From contig CAVXVB010000005.1 in NCBI GenBank assembly GCA_963765205.1, positions 480,001-544,000 on the forward strand: a stretch of DNA of 64,000 nucleotides, in the 5' to 3' direction. The stretch comes from an uncultured Verrucomicrobiae bacterium (GTDB lineage: Bacteria > Verrucomicrobiota > Verrucomicrobiia > Opitutales > JABDGR01). Under the pieces are notes generated by a model. It had not been told where the DNA came from, did no database searches, and was given only the letters and a program-made list of their open reading frames with translations. Below are positions 48,027-58,564 of the stretch, one piece after another (the stretch's first letter is position 1; each line of letters starts with the position of its first letter). The position numbers and the translations under genes are program-made.

Positions 48027-48232
48027 GCGGGTTGGCCTGGCCGCCCATCATAACCAGGGGCGCCCAGCGGCGACCCGGGATCTGTCAACCTCCCGGCCCC
48101 ATCTTGCGTGCGATTTTATAGGATGGCGCAAAAGAGGGTCGCCTGTGGAAAATGGGGCAGGGTACTGCCCGGTGATAATACCCTTGCCCGCTAACGGGAA
48201 TTGGCACAAGTTTTGCATTGAGCCATCAATCC

Positions 48233-50314
48233 ATGAGTTTAGGCGATGACACACGGCCCCACCCGGGTGATTCCCCAGCCGACTTGATTAAATTATTTGA
48301 GCGTTACTCCAGCATTGTGGAAAACGCCATCGAGGGCATTTTTCAATCCACTCCCGAAGGACACTACCTGCTGGTCAACCCCGCCCTGGCGCACATGTAT
48401 GGTTATGCGTCCCCGGAAGAGTTGATCAACAGCGTGCGCGACATTTCCAAAAGCGTTTACGTGGATGATGCGATGCGCTTGGAGTTCAAGCGGCTCATCG
48501 AGCGCGACGGGTTCGTTCACGGGCTGGAATACCAGGTGTATCGCAAGGACCGGAGCATCATTTGGATTTCGGAGCAGGCCCGGGTCGTGCGCGGCCCGGA
48601 CGGCCAGGTGGCCTACTACGAGGGCTTCATCCAGAACATCACCGCCCGCAAACTCATCGAACAGGAATTGCTCGCGGCCAAAGAGGCGGCCGTTGCCGCC
48701 AGCGTCGCCAAAAGCCAGTTTCTCGCGGTCATGAGCCATGAAATCCGCACCCCCATGAACGGCGTCATCGGCATGACCTCGATCCTGCTCGACACCCAGC
48801 TCACCCCCGAGCAGCGCGACTGCGTCGAGACCATCCGCCAAAGCGGCGACGCGCTGCTGTTGGTGATCAACGACATCCTTGATTTTTCCAAGATCGAATC
48901 CGGCCGCCTCACCCTCGAGCACGAGGAATTTTCCGTGGTCGAATGTGTCGAGGGCGCGCTTGACATTCTGGCCCCCAAAGCCGCCGAAAAACAGCTCGAT
49001 TTGCTTTATGAAATCGCCGCCGGCGTGCCGCCCCTGGCGCGGGGTGACGAGACCCGGCTGCGCCAGATCCTCGTCAACCTGCTCGGCAATGCGATCAAGT
49101 TCACCGCGCGCGGCGAAGTCGTGCTCACCGTCGGCGTGCAGCCGCTCGCGGAACCCGCGGCCGCGGGCGGGCCGGAACGCGTGCGCCTGCTTTTTTCCGT
49201 CCGCGACACCGGCATCGGCATTTCCGCCGGGGCAATGGCCCGGCTCTTCCAGTCCTTTTCCCAGGCCGACGCCTCCACCACCCGCCGCTACGGCGGCTCC
49301 GGCCTGGGCCTGGTCATCAGCAAACGACTCGCCGAGTTGATGCACGGCGAGATGTCCGTGGAGAGCAAGGTGGGCAGTGGCTCGACCTTCCGCTTCAGCG
49401 TGGTCGTCGAGAATGTGCCCGTCAAACCCCGGCAGTATCATGCGACCGGGTATCTCCCCCTGGCCGGCAAACGCCTGCTGATCGTGGACGACAACGAAAC
49501 CAACCGCCGCATTCTCCTGCGCCTGGCACAGGGCTGGAACATGCTCGCCCAGGCGGTGGACTCCGGGCCGGCGGCGCTGGTCTTGCTCGAGTCCGGCGCC
49601 CGCTTTGATTTTGCCATCCTCGACATGCAGATGCCCGACATGGACGGCCTCATGCTCGGCGCCGCCATCCGCCAGCATTTCAGCGCCGACACCCTGCCCA
49701 TGGTGCTGTTGTCCTCGCATGGCGAACGCGCCCACATTGCGGACAAATCGCTCTTCGCCGCGTCGCTGGTCAAGCCCGCGAAGCCGGCCCAGTTGATTGA
49801 CGCCCTCGCCAAATTATGCACCGCCCGGGCCGAAAAAGCCGCCGGACCCTCCTCCTCCGGCACGCCTCCCGGCTTCCTCCTCCACCACGAAAAAGTGCTC
49901 CTCGCCGACGACAACGCCATCAATCAAAAGGTCGCCGCCACCATGATCTCCAAGCTCGGATATCGGGCCGACCCCGCGGCCAACGGGCTGGAGGCGCTCA
50001 CCGCCGTCAAGCGCCAGCACTACGACATCATTTTCATGGACGTGCAAATGCCGGAGATGGACGGCCTCGAGGCCACCCGCCGCATCCGCTCCCTTGCCGC
50101 CGCCGCTGGCCGGCGCGGCCCCTGGATCATCGCCCTCACCGCGAATGCCATGCAGGACGACCGCGAACTCTGCCTGGCCGCCGGCATGGACGACTACGTC
50201 ACCAAGCCCTTCAAGCAGGCTGACATCTCCGCCGCCTTTGCCCGCGCCCGCGCCGCCGGGCTGGCCGTGGTGGCGAAGGTGGGCCGCGCCGCCACCGACG
50301 GCGCCAGCGCGTAA
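48233..50314 (+). CDS. Hybrid sensor histidine kinase (PAS-HisKA-HATPase-REC-REC)
   Basis: MSHEIRTPMNG, NLLGNAIKFT, DTGIG, GSGLGL, LDMQMP, MDVQMP. Confidence 0.93.
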   Translation: MSLGDDTRPHPGDSPADLIKLFERYSSIVENAIEGIFQSTPEGHYLLVNPALAHMYGYASPEELINSVRDISKSVYVDDAMRLEFKRLIERDGFVHGLEYQVYRKDRSIIWISEQARVVRGPDGQVAYYEGFIQNITARKLIEQELLAAKEAAVAASVAKSQFLAVMSHEIRTPMNGVIGMTSILLDTQLTPEQRDCVETIRQSGDALLLVINDILDFSKIESGRLTLEHEEFSVVECVEGALDILAPKAAEKQLDLLYEIAAGVPPLARGDETRLRQILVNLLGNAIKFTARGEVVLTVGVQPLAEPAAAGGPERVRLLFSVRDTGIGISAGAMARLFQSFSQADASTTRRYGGSGLGLVISKRLAELMHGEMSVESKVGSGSTFRFSVVVENVPVKPRQYHATGYLPLAGKRLLIVDDNETNRRILLRLAQGWNMLAQAVDSGPAALVLLESGARFDFAILDMQMPDMDGLMLGAAIRQHFSADTLPMVLLSSHGERAHIADKSLFAASLVKPAKPAQLIDALAKLCTARAEKAAGPSSSGTPPGFLLHHEKVLLADDNAINQKVAATMISKLGYRADPAANGLEALTAVKRQHYDIIFMDVQMPEMDGLEATRRIRSLAAAAGRRGPWIIALTANAMQDDRELCLAAGMDDYVTKPFKQADISAAFARARAAGLAVVAKVGRAATDGASA

Positions 50315-50347
50315 TCCGCCCGCCGCGCCCGCCCCGGGCGTCGAAGC

Positions 50348-50440
50348 CTGCGCCACCGCATCGGAAACGACCTCAATTACCAGGGCGCCATCAAAATCAC
50401 CGTCAGCCGCGAAACCCGGTTCAGCGAAACGGCGAAGTAA
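50348..50440 (+). repeat. 93-bp direct copy of the rny 3' end (47934-48026)
   Basis: 87 of 93 identical by manual alignment, ending at the stop codon (tag versus taa). Confidence 0.9.
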
Positions 50441-50654
50441 CAACCCTGGCACGAAGTACAGGGAATTGCCCTGAGCAAAGCGAGGGGGATTAAGTGATGC
50501 TTGCTTGGCTGTTTTGGGGTTGCCGGGGTCGGTGAGAGCGGGCTAAGTTCGTTTTTAAACCTCGCCGCAGCCGGTGCCGAACCAGGCGGGAAAGCGGGCG
50601 CTGTAATCCCATGGATGGATAACCACATTGGCACGTGGACTTTGAGGAACAAAG

Positions 50655-51056
50655 ATGACCCGAATAAATTCGAATCTGGATCCCAAAACCCTCAAGCGCA
50701 TGCACCTGATCGCCGAGTATCGCGAGATTACCATGGTGCCGGCGGCCTTGCGCCGCAGTCTGCGCACCCGGAAGAAAGAAGACATCCTTGCCGGCATTCC
50801 GGAAAAGTTTACGTTAAACCAAGGACACGTGGCTTTCTTTTATAATAAGCAACGGTTCCTGAAAAAAAGATTTGGGCGATTATGTAAAGAAATGGCCCGG
50901 CGTGGTTACAAATTTGATCTTACTCGCGGAAAGGCCTTTGACGGGTTTGACGACGACTTTAACGGCTTTTGGAATTCCACCCCCGCGGATGATGGCCTGG
51001 TGTTGGCCCGTATCAGCCTGCGGATATCCCAAAAGCCCCACCTGTATACAGACTAA
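50655..51056 (+). CDS. Pyrimidine-dimer DNA glycosylase / T4 endonuclease V family
   Basis: MTRIN N-terminus, HLIAEYREI, LNQGHVAFFYNK, EMARRG. Confidence 0.88.
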   Translation: MTRINSNLDPKTLKRMHLIAEYREITMVPAALRRSLRTRKKEDILAGIPEKFTLNQGHVAFFYNKQRFLKKRFGRLCKEMARRGYKFDLTRGKAFDGFDDDFNGFWNSTPADDGLVLARISLRISQKPHLYTD

Positions 51057-51941
51057 AAATGACGGAAACTTGCTTTTTGGAGTTCGGCGGCGGCCAGATG
51101 CGGCTCCCGCCGCTTGGCCGGGGCCGGGAGGTGGGGGGGGGCCCCCCATCTATTATTTCACTGCCTCCGGCGCCGCCGGCACCCACGCCACCGGCCGCTC
51201 ATTCCCCGGGAAATCCACCCACGTCTTCGTCGCCAGACTGTAAACACTCAAATACATTTTCTGCATCTGATCGTTATTCTGGAGTTTGTTGGCGTCATAC
51301 ATGGCGATGATTTATGCGTCTTCTGCGTTTTTTGCGGTAAAAAACGCCCCAGCCCTCCCAACCTATCCAACCCATCCCACGCATCAAACGCAGCCAACGG
51401 AGTCCTTCCCATTTTTTGGTTTCGTGCTAAACTGCGGGGACAAGCGGGGAGCCGGGAGCACGGAGCCAGCCCTCTCTCAGTTCCTTTGTTCCCCCGTTCC
51501 ACGATGCCTCAGTGCCCATGCCGTCTAATCCCCACACCCCGCCTCTCGAAACCTTGGTGCAGTGGGGCCCTGCCCCTCGAAGCCTCGGCGAAGTGGGGCC
51601 TCAGTGCCTCAGCCCCTCTGTGCCCATGTTCTTTCGTCCCTCCGTCCCTTTGTCCCTAAACTCGTCAACCTCCCGTCCAAAGATGTCCAACCCAGTCCAA
51701 GTAAATCCAACCAAATCCAACCAAATCCAACCAGTAATTACAGGGGGGCCTCCCCATTACCGAGTGAAACGCCATGCAGACCGCAAACTCCAATCTGCCA
51801 CCATTCTCCGAACTCCACACTTCACATTGCACACTTCACCCCCCCCACACACACCGCCAAATTAAACCCCGGGCAAAACATGAACTTTACTTTCCTGGCT
51901 TCACCCCTCCTTTGCGCCCTTCGCGCCTTTGCGGTGAATGC

Positions 51942-53393
51942 TCACTCCGCCCGCGCCACCACCAGCCCGCCGGTTTCCCAACCGCCGCCCAGCGCCTTGT
52001 AAAGCGCGATCAAATTCTGCGTCACTGCCTGGTCGCTTTGCACCAAATCATCCTGGCTCTGATACAACGAGCGTTCCGCATCGAGCACGTTGATAAAATT
52101 CGTCAACCCATTTGCATAAAGTTGATTCGACAAATTCAGCGCGTCCTGGCTGGTGCTGACGGCCTGAGCGAGCGAACGATGCCGCACTTGTTCCTTGGCA
52201 TAGGCCACCAGCGCGTTCTCCACGTCCTCGAATGATGTGAGTACCGTCTGCTCGTAAGCCGCCAGCGCCTGCTCCTGCCGCGCGTTTTGCACCTGGATGT
52301 TCGCGCGGATGCGCCCCGCGTCAAAAATCCGCCACTGCACCGTCGGCCCCAGCGACCAGAACTTGCTGCCCGGCGTAAACCAGTCGCCCGTGCCGACGCT
52401 CTCGAAGCCCGCGTCGCCCGTCAGCGAAAACTTCGGGAACAAATCCGCCGTCGCCACGCCGATGCGCGCGGTCGCCGCGACGAGATTCACCTCGGCTTGG
52501 CGCACATCCGGGCGGCGCAGCAACAATTCCGATGGCAAGCCCACTGGCACTTCCGGCGGTGTGGTGGGGATGGGAGCAGTCGCGCTCAATTCGTTCAACA
52601 GCGCGCCCGGTTGCTGGCCCAACAACACGCCCAGCCGGTGAATCGCGGTCTCAATCCCCGTTTCCAAAGTTGGCACCTGGGCCTGCGTCTGCGCGAGCAC
52701 CGTCGCGGCCTGCTGCGTGTCGAGGTCGTTGCCCAAGCCTTGCTTGAAACGGTCTTGCGTGAGCGCCAGCGCGTCCTGCTGCGCTTTGATGTTCTGTTGC
52801 GCAATCGCCAGCCGTTGTTGGAAGCCCCGCACCTCGACATAATTGCGCGCCACTTCCGCCACCAGCGTCACCTGCACGTCTTGCCGGCTATACTCGGCGG
52901 CGGTGACTTCCGCATTCGCCGCCTCGACCGCGCGCCGCGTGCCACCGAACACATCAATCTCCCACGACGCATCGAACCCCGCCTGGTAAACATTGTTCAC
53001 AAACGGAACACTCGCCGGCAATTGCAGCGCGCCGAGCACCGGCTGGTTCCGGCTTTGCGCCTGCCTCACTGCGGAACCGGTGGCATCCACGGTCGGCCCC
53101 AAATCCGCCGCGGTGATTCCCGCCTGCGCTCGCGCCTCGCGCACGCGCGCCTCGGCGATTTTCAAGTCAAGGTTCGCCGCGACGGCCCGGCTCACCAGCG
53201 CGTCGAGTTCGGGATCGTGGAAATTATTCCACCAAGTGGCGAGGGCGACTCCGTTATTCGACTCGCCGCCCGCCAGCGCCTCGCCCCATTGCGCGGGCGC
53301 GGTGCTCGCGGGCGTGTGGTAATCAGGGCCGACAGTGCAGCCGGTGAGCAGAATGGCCAGGATGGCTGGCGCGAGAATGATGGGTGTTTTCAT
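51942..53393 (-). CDS. NodT-family efflux outer-membrane lipoprotein
   Basis: LTGCTVGPDY lipobox, SWEIDVFG, LPSELLLRRPDV, LYKALGGGW. Confidence 0.93.
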   Translation of the reverse strand: MKTPIILAPAILAILLTGCTVGPDYHTPASTAPAQWGEALAGGESNNGVALATWWNNFHDPELDALVSRAVAANLDLKIAEARVREARAQAGITAADLGPTVDATGSAVRQAQSRNQPVLGALQLPASVPFVNNVYQAGFDASWEIDVFGGTRRAVEAANAEVTAAEYSRQDVQVTLVAEVARNYVEVRGFQQRLAIAQQNIKAQQDALALTQDRFKQGLGNDLDTQQAATVLAQTQAQVPTLETGIETAIHRLGVLLGQQPGALLNELSATAPIPTTPPEVPVGLPSELLLRRPDVRQAEVNLVAATARIGVATADLFPKFSLTGDAGFESVGTGDWFTPGSKFWSLGPTVQWRIFDAGRIRANIQVQNARQEQALAAYEQTVLTSFEDVENALVAYAKEQVRHRSLAQAVSTSQDALNLSNQLYANGLTNFINVLDAERSLYQSQDDLVQSDQAVTQNLIALYKALGGGWETGGLVVARAE

Positions 53394-53417
53394 GGATGTT
53401 CCTCCGGTAAAAAGTTT

Positions 53418-54977
53418 TTAGTGGGCGGCGACGGGGCCTTTGGCCCGCACGCGCTGGAACAAAATGACGGCGGGCACGCTCACCAGGCACAGCAACGCGA
53501 GCCAGCGGAAGGCGTCCACGTAGGCCATCGTGGTCGCCTGCCGGACGATGTCCTGATAAATCAGGCCGAGGGCGGCGGACGGCCCCTGGCCCCAGCCGGC
53601 ATTCGGCTGCGCCAGCGCGGAATTGATTTGCTGCAACTTCGCTTGCAAGGCCGGGTCGTAGGGCGTCGCGTGCGCCACGAGCATGACTTGGTGAAACTGG
53701 GCCTGGCGGGTGACCAACGTGGTCGCGATCGAAATGCCCACGCTCGCGCCGATGTTGCGCATTAAGTTGTAGATCCCCGCCGCGTTGCCGATTTGCGCGT
53801 CGCGCAACATGCCCATCGCCGTGGTGGTCAGCGGGACGAACACCAGCGCCATGCCCACGCCCTGCAGGAAATTGGGCCAGATGATGTTGGCGGTGGCCAG
53901 GTCGAGGCTGAGGTGGCTGAGCCAGAAAATGGCCGCAGCGTTGATGATAAAGCCCGTGCCGATCAGCTTCCGGCTGTCCACACGGCTGGTGAGGTAGCCG
54001 GCGACAAAGGTCAGCAGCAGCACGCCCAGGCCGCGCGAACTTTGGGCGAGGCCGCTTTCCTGGGCTGTGTAGCCCATGAGGTTCTGCAAAAATTCCGGCT
54101 GCAGGGTGAGCGGCACGTAAACCACCATGCCGACCATCGTGATGAGCAGCGTGCCCACGGCGAAATTGCGGTTCTTGAACACGCGCAGGTCCACAATCGG
54201 CTGCTTTTCGCGCAGCTCCCACACCACGAACACCGCCAGCGAGACGGCGGCGATGAGCGCAAACCAGCGGATCCACGGCGTGCCGAACCAGTCGTCCTCC
54301 TGGCCTTTGTCCAAAATGAGTTGCAGCGCGGCCAGCCCGATGGCCATCAAGCCGAAGCCGATGGCGTCAATGCGGCCTGGCTTGGAATCGCGGATATGGG
54401 CCGGGTCGTGGATGAAGCGCTTCATCATCAGGACGGCGAAGACGCCGACGGGAATGTTGATGTAGAAAATCCAGCGCCAGGAGTAATTGTCGGTGATCCA
54501 GCCGCCGAGGATCGGGCCGACGATGGGCGCGACAATCACGCCCACCGTGTAGGCGGCCATCGCCATGCCGCGTTTGGCCGGGGGAAAACTCTCCAGCATG
54601 ATGGACTGCGCCAGCGGTTGCAGCGCCCCGCCGCCGGCCCCTTGCAACACGCGTGCGGTAATCAGCAGCCCCAGCGTCGGCGCGATGCCGCACAGGAACG
54701 ACGCGCTGGTGAAGATGATGACACAGGTGATCAAGAACCGCTTGCGGCCAAAATACCGCGAAAACCAGCCGCTGGCCGGCAGCACGATGGCGTTCGAGAC
54801 CAGGTAACTCGTCACCACCCACGTCGCCTCGTCCACGCTGGCGGACAGGTTGCCCGCGATGTGCGGCAGCGCAACATTCGCAATCGCGGTGTCGAGCACC
54901 TCCATGAACGTCGCCAGCATCACCGAAATAACGATGAGCCAGGGGTTCACGAGCGGCGTGGTTTTCTCGGCGTTCAT
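53418..54977 (-). CDS. DHA2-family MFS efflux permease (EmrB-like)
   Basis: FMEVLDTAIANVALPHI, WVVTSYL, WRWIFYINIPVG, LDKGQEDDWF. Confidence 0.93.
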   Translation of the reverse strand: MNAEKTTPLVNPWLIVISVMLATFMEVLDTAIANVALPHIAGNLSASVDEATWVVTSYLVSNAIVLPASGWFSRYFGRKRFLITCVIIFTSASFLCGIAPTLGLLITARVLQGAGGGALQPLAQSIMLESFPPAKRGMAMAAYTVGVIVAPIVGPILGGWITDNYSWRWIFYINIPVGVFAVLMMKRFIHDPAHIRDSKPGRIDAIGFGLMAIGLAALQLILDKGQEDDWFGTPWIRWFALIAAVSLAVFVVWELREKQPIVDLRVFKNRNFAVGTLLITMVGMVVYVPLTLQPEFLQNLMGYTAQESGLAQSSRGLGVLLLTFVAGYLTSRVDSRKLIGTGFIINAAAIFWLSHLSLDLATANIIWPNFLQGVGMALVFVPLTTTAMGMLRDAQIGNAAGIYNLMRNIGASVGISIATTLVTRQAQFHQVMLVAHATPYDPALQAKLQQINSALAQPNAGWGQGPSAALGLIYQDIVRQATTMAYVDAFRWLALLCLVSVPAVILFQRVRAKGPVAAH

Positions 54978-55010
54978 GGCCCAAGAAGTTTCGATGGTTG
55001 GCGGAACTGT

Positions 55011-56165
55011 TTAACGAACGGTGACGGAGGGCGTGACGGACATGCCCGGGCCGAGTAGGTGCGCGGGATCCAGCGGGTCATCAAACACGATCTTCACCGG
55101 CACGCGCTGGACAACCTTGACGTAGTTGCCCGTCGCGTTTTCCGGCGGCAACAGGCTGAAGTGCGCGCCCGAACCGGCTTGAATGCTATCCACATGACCA
55201 TGGAATTTGTGGTCCGGGTAGGCGTCCACCGAGATTTCCACCGGCTCGCCCGGACGCATGTTGGCCAACTGGGTTTCCTTGAAATTGGCTACCACCCAAA
55301 TTTGTTGCGGCACCAGAGCGAGCAACGGCTGGCCCGGTTGCACGTAGTTGCCCATCTCCACCGAACGATGCGTCACAATGCCATCCTGCGGCGCGGTCAC
55401 CTTGGTGTAGGACAAATCCAGCGCCGCCTGGTTGACCGTGGCTTCGGCGAGTTGCACATTGGCCTCGGCGGTTTTGATGTCTGTCTGGCTCAGGCTCACT
55501 TGGGCGGTGGCGGCGAGGGCGCGGTTCTTGGCGACGGCCACCTGGGCGGCGGTCGCGCTGGCCTGGTCTTGCGCCAAATCAATCTGGCTGCGGGCCACCG
55601 CGCGGCTTTCCACCGCTTGGTAGCGTTGCAAGTCGGCCTGCGCGCGGGTCGCATCGGCGGCGGCGGCGGTCACCCCGGCCTGTTCCTGTTCCGCCTTGGC
55701 CTGGTCCACGGCAAACTGGGCCTTCGCCTGGTCGAGCCGACTTTGCGCGGCGGCCAGTTCGGCTTGCGCTTGCGCCAGCTTCACTTCGTAGCTGCGCGGA
55801 TCAATTTCCAGCAAAACGTCGCCTTGTTTGACGGCTTGGTTGTCGTGGAGGGACAGACTCACGACCTGTCCCGCGACCTGCGGGGCCATCGAGATCACAT
55901 CCCCGTCAATGAAGGCGTCGTCCGTGGATTCATAGGGGGCGATCTCGGCGACATAGTAAACGCTGGCCGCGACGCCGGCCAGGAGCACGCCGCTCGCCAG
56001 CAATACGCGCCGGAGCCATTTGCGCGGGGTCTGCGGGGTCGGCGCGGGCGTCGCCACGGCGACGCGGGGCAGGCGGTCGGCCACAGTCGGCCCTCCGTTG
56101 AGCAAAGCGGTCAGGTCGGAGCGCCCGTTATTCGAGGCAAGGGGACTGGTTTCGGTGGTGGTCAT
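55011..56165 (-). CDS. HlyD/EmrA-family membrane fusion protein
   Basis: ESTDDAFI, ANFKETQL, LLPPENATGNYVKVVQRVPV. Confidence 0.93.
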   Translation of the reverse strand: MTTTETSPLASNNGRSDLTALLNGGPTVADRLPRVAVATPAPTPQTPRKWLRRVLLASGVLLAGVAASVYYVAEIAPYESTDDAFIDGDVISMAPQVAGQVVSLSLHDNQAVKQGDVLLEIDPRSYEVKLAQAQAELAAAQSRLDQAKAQFAVDQAKAEQEQAGVTAAAADATRAQADLQRYQAVESRAVARSQIDLAQDQASATAAQVAVAKNRALAATAQVSLSQTDIKTAEANVQLAEATVNQAALDLSYTKVTAPQDGIVTHRSVEMGNYVQPGQPLLALVPQQIWVVANFKETQLANMRPGEPVEISVDAYPDHKFHGHVDSIQAGSGAHFSLLPPENATGNYVKVVQRVPVKIVFDDPLDPAHLLGPGMSVTPSVTVR

Positions 56166-56267
56166 GGCGGTGGGAGGGAAGAGGGTGATGGTGGTGTGGG
56201 AACTTTTGTTGAGGCCAGTATACTCCGAAAAAGAAGGGCTGGATAATATCATGTTGGTTGTGCTACG

Positions 56268-56282
56268 ATGCCCGAAAGGTAT
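56268..56282. promoter_or_regulatory. LysR-type T-N11-A operator between divergent lysR and emrA
   Basis: ATGC-ccgaaag-GTAT imperfect dyad just upstream of the LysR start. Confidence 0.55.
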
Positions 56283-56288
56283 CACCCC

Positions 56289-57194
56289 ATGGAACTGCGC
56301 CACCTGCGTTATTTCGTCGCTGTCGCGGAGGAACTGAACGTCCGCCGCGCGGCGGAGCGCCTGCACGTTTCGCAGCCGCCCCTCAGCCGCCAGATTCACG
56401 ACCTCGAGGACGAGATCGGCGCCAAGCTGTTCCTGCGCGGCAAACGCGGCATGCAACTGACCGAGGCGGGAAAATTCCTATTGGAGGAAGCCCGGCAAAT
56501 CCTCGGCCAGAGCGAGCGGGCCATCCGCCTCACCAACGCCGCTAGCCGGGGCGAGGCCGGCCGCCTGTCCCTGGCCTATTCGGCGGCCATCTTCGACCCG
56601 GCCTTCTCCCGCGCGGTCCGCCTGTTCCGCCAGCGGTTTCCCCTCGTGGAGGTGGCAATGCGGGAACTTTCCTTCTCCTTGCAATTGCAGGCGTTGCTGG
56701 ACCGGCAAATTGACATTGGCTACGTCGTATTTGGCGCCATGCAAACGGAAACGGATCTCGCGTTCGAGTGCATTCGCCAGGTCGCCACCTGCATCGCGTT
56801 GCCGCGCGACCACCCGCTGGCGAAGCGCAAGCAGCTCAAGCTCCAGGACTTGGCCAGGGAGCCGTTTATTTTTCCGCGCCAAAGCATGTCCACCTTTCGC
56901 GCGTGGCTCCTTGAACTCTGCCGCGCCGCCGGTTTTACCCCCCAAATCGTCCAGGAAGGGGACAACGCCATGGGCATCCTCGGGCTGGTCGCCTCCGGGG
57001 GCGGGGTGGCCTTTGCCCCGGACACGGGCCGGATCTTTCAGGCCATGGGCGTCGAGTTTCGCGCCTTGCCGCCCGCCACGCCGAAGTTTGACCTGCACTG
57101 CGTCTGGCGGCGGGACAATACTTCGCCCTTGGTGCCGGCCTTCCTGAACATTCTGCGTGAGTGCGCCCGCCCCGACGACAAACGCTCTCGCTAA
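56289..57194 (+). CDS. LysR-family transcriptional regulator
   Basis: MELRHLRYFVAVAEE..RAAERLHVSQPPLSRQI. Confidence 0.95.
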   Translation: MELRHLRYFVAVAEELNVRRAAERLHVSQPPLSRQIHDLEDEIGAKLFLRGKRGMQLTEAGKFLLEEARQILGQSERAIRLTNAASRGEAGRLSLAYSAAIFDPAFSRAVRLFRQRFPLVEVAMRELSFSLQLQALLDRQIDIGYVVFGAMQTETDLAFECIRQVATCIALPRDHPLAKRKQLKLQDLAREPFIFPRQSMSTFRAWLLELCRAAGFTPQIVQEGDNAMGILGLVASGGGVAFAPDTGRIFQAMGVEFRALPPATPKFDLHCVWRRDNTSPLVPAFLNILRECARPDDKRSR

Positions 57195-57212
57195 ATCCCG
57201 TGTAATCCGTAG

Positions 57213-58130
57213 TCAAATTGGACCGCCGCCATCCGGTAAATTCGCGTCCTTGTTCCCGCTGAACTTTTCCGAAACCCAATCCGCGACGCGGTTCAGCCGC
57301 AGCGCAAAAATGGCATAGACGAACGCCAGCCCGGCCCAGCAACCGTAGCCGAGATATTGGTAATTGCGCCGGATGTCGGCCCCGGTCCAGCCGAAATTGT
57401 CCATGAGCTGGTCCATGTCGCCGTTCGCGTCGTCCTCGCCGTTGATCATCGAGCCAAAGGGAATGTCATCCGTGCCGTGGTAAACCTTGTTCCAATAAAG
57501 GACAATGTGCAGGAAGGCGCTCGCCGCGATCAGGAAGAAAACGTAGCGGCAGAAACCCCATTTGAATTTCTCCGGCAACTGCACGTAGAACGAGGCCATA
57601 AGCAGCGCGCTCAGGTAGAACTCGCCGCCGACGCCGCCAAACGCGCTCCACCAAAACTCCTGCTCGTGCTCCGGCATCCGCCAGGTCATGTAGTATTGCA
57701 GGCTGGCCAATGCGACCGCCGCGACCATCGGCCAGGGTTTGCGCTCCTGCCAGCCCGCCACGAAGAGAATCCCAAACAATAGCAACACGCCGAAATAGAC
57801 GAAGGGCGAATAATCCGGCTCAACGGGCGTCCAGCCAAACGGCAGCGGCGTCGCGCGCCGGCCGGTCAGCCACGCCGCCGTCGCGTGCCCGAATTCGTGC
57901 ATCCACACGTGGAAGCCCTGCGCAAAGAACACCAGCGGACTTTCGTTGATGACCCACGCCAACCCCAGCAGCAGCGGCGGCACGAAGGTGTTGACGCGCC
58001 AGTCGCCAAACGCCAGCAGCGGATGCGTCTGCGTGTCCGCCTTGTCCAATTCCGCCAGCAGGATGGAATATTTGTCTTTCAAATGGAAAGGGCCAAATTG
58101 TGGACAGGGCACGCCGGTTGGCCAACCCAA
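57213..58130 (-). CDS. Multi-TM membrane protein with HExxH (M50-like peptidase candidate)
   Basis: HVWMHEFGHA, several TMs, GDMD; start uncertain. Confidence 0.6.
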   Translation of the reverse strand: MGWPTGVPCPQFGPFHLKDKYSILLAELDKADTQTHPLLAFGDWRVNTFVPPLLLGLAWVINESPLVFFAQGFHVWMHEFGHATAAWLTGRRATPLPFGWTPVEPDYSPFVYFGVLLLFGILFVAGWQERKPWPMVAAVALASLQYYMTWRMPEHEQEFWWSAFGGVGGEFYLSALLMASFYVQLPEKFKWGFCRYVFFLIAASAFLHIVLYWNKVYHGTDDIPFGSMINGEDDANGDMDQLMDNFGWTGADIRRNYQYLGYGCWAGLAFVYAIFALRLNRVADWVSEKFSGNKDANLPDGGGPI

Positions 58131-58145
58131 AAAACAAAACTTCCC

Positions 58146-58535
58146 TCACCCGCCGGCGAACACCGGGCGAAAACCCGCTTCCGTCAAAATGCGCGCGACC
58201 TCCGTTCGTTTGTCGCCTTGAATCTCGATGCGCCCCTCCTTCACCGTTCCGCCCGTTCCGCAGGCCCGCTGCATCGCCTTCGCGAGTTGTTCCTTTTCCG
58301 GCTGTCCGATGCCGACCCAGCCCGTCACCACCGTCACTGTTTTGCCGCCGCGTCCCGCCTTCTCCCGGATGATGTCCACCCGCCCGCGGCTCTTCCGGGC
58401 CGGTTTTGCCTCCGGTGCTCGTGGTGTTGGCGAATTAACGCGGGCAGTCGCCAGCTCTTCGCCCGACAGTCCGGCAAACGGATTTTGCCCAATGCTCTCT
58501 CCTCCATCGGTGCGAATGCGGCCACGTTCGTTCAT
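58146..58535 (-). CDS. SUI1/YciH-family translation initiation factor
   Basis: REKAGRGGKTVT, CGTGGTVK..IEIQGD. Confidence 0.9.
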   Translation of the reverse strand: MNERGRIRTDGGESIGQNPFAGLSGEELATARVNSPTPRAPEAKPARKSRGRVDIIREKAGRGGKTVTVVTGWVGIGQPEKEQLAKAMQRACGTGGTVKEGRIEIQGDKRTEVARILTEAGFRPVFAGG

Positions 58536-58564
58536 CGGTAATCAAAAATCGGCGCTGTTTTATG

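Noticed and set aside
51680..51735. CRISPR-like repeats (AAATCCAACC)
   Set aside because: These are short contiguous 10-mers with no unique spacers and no cas genes.
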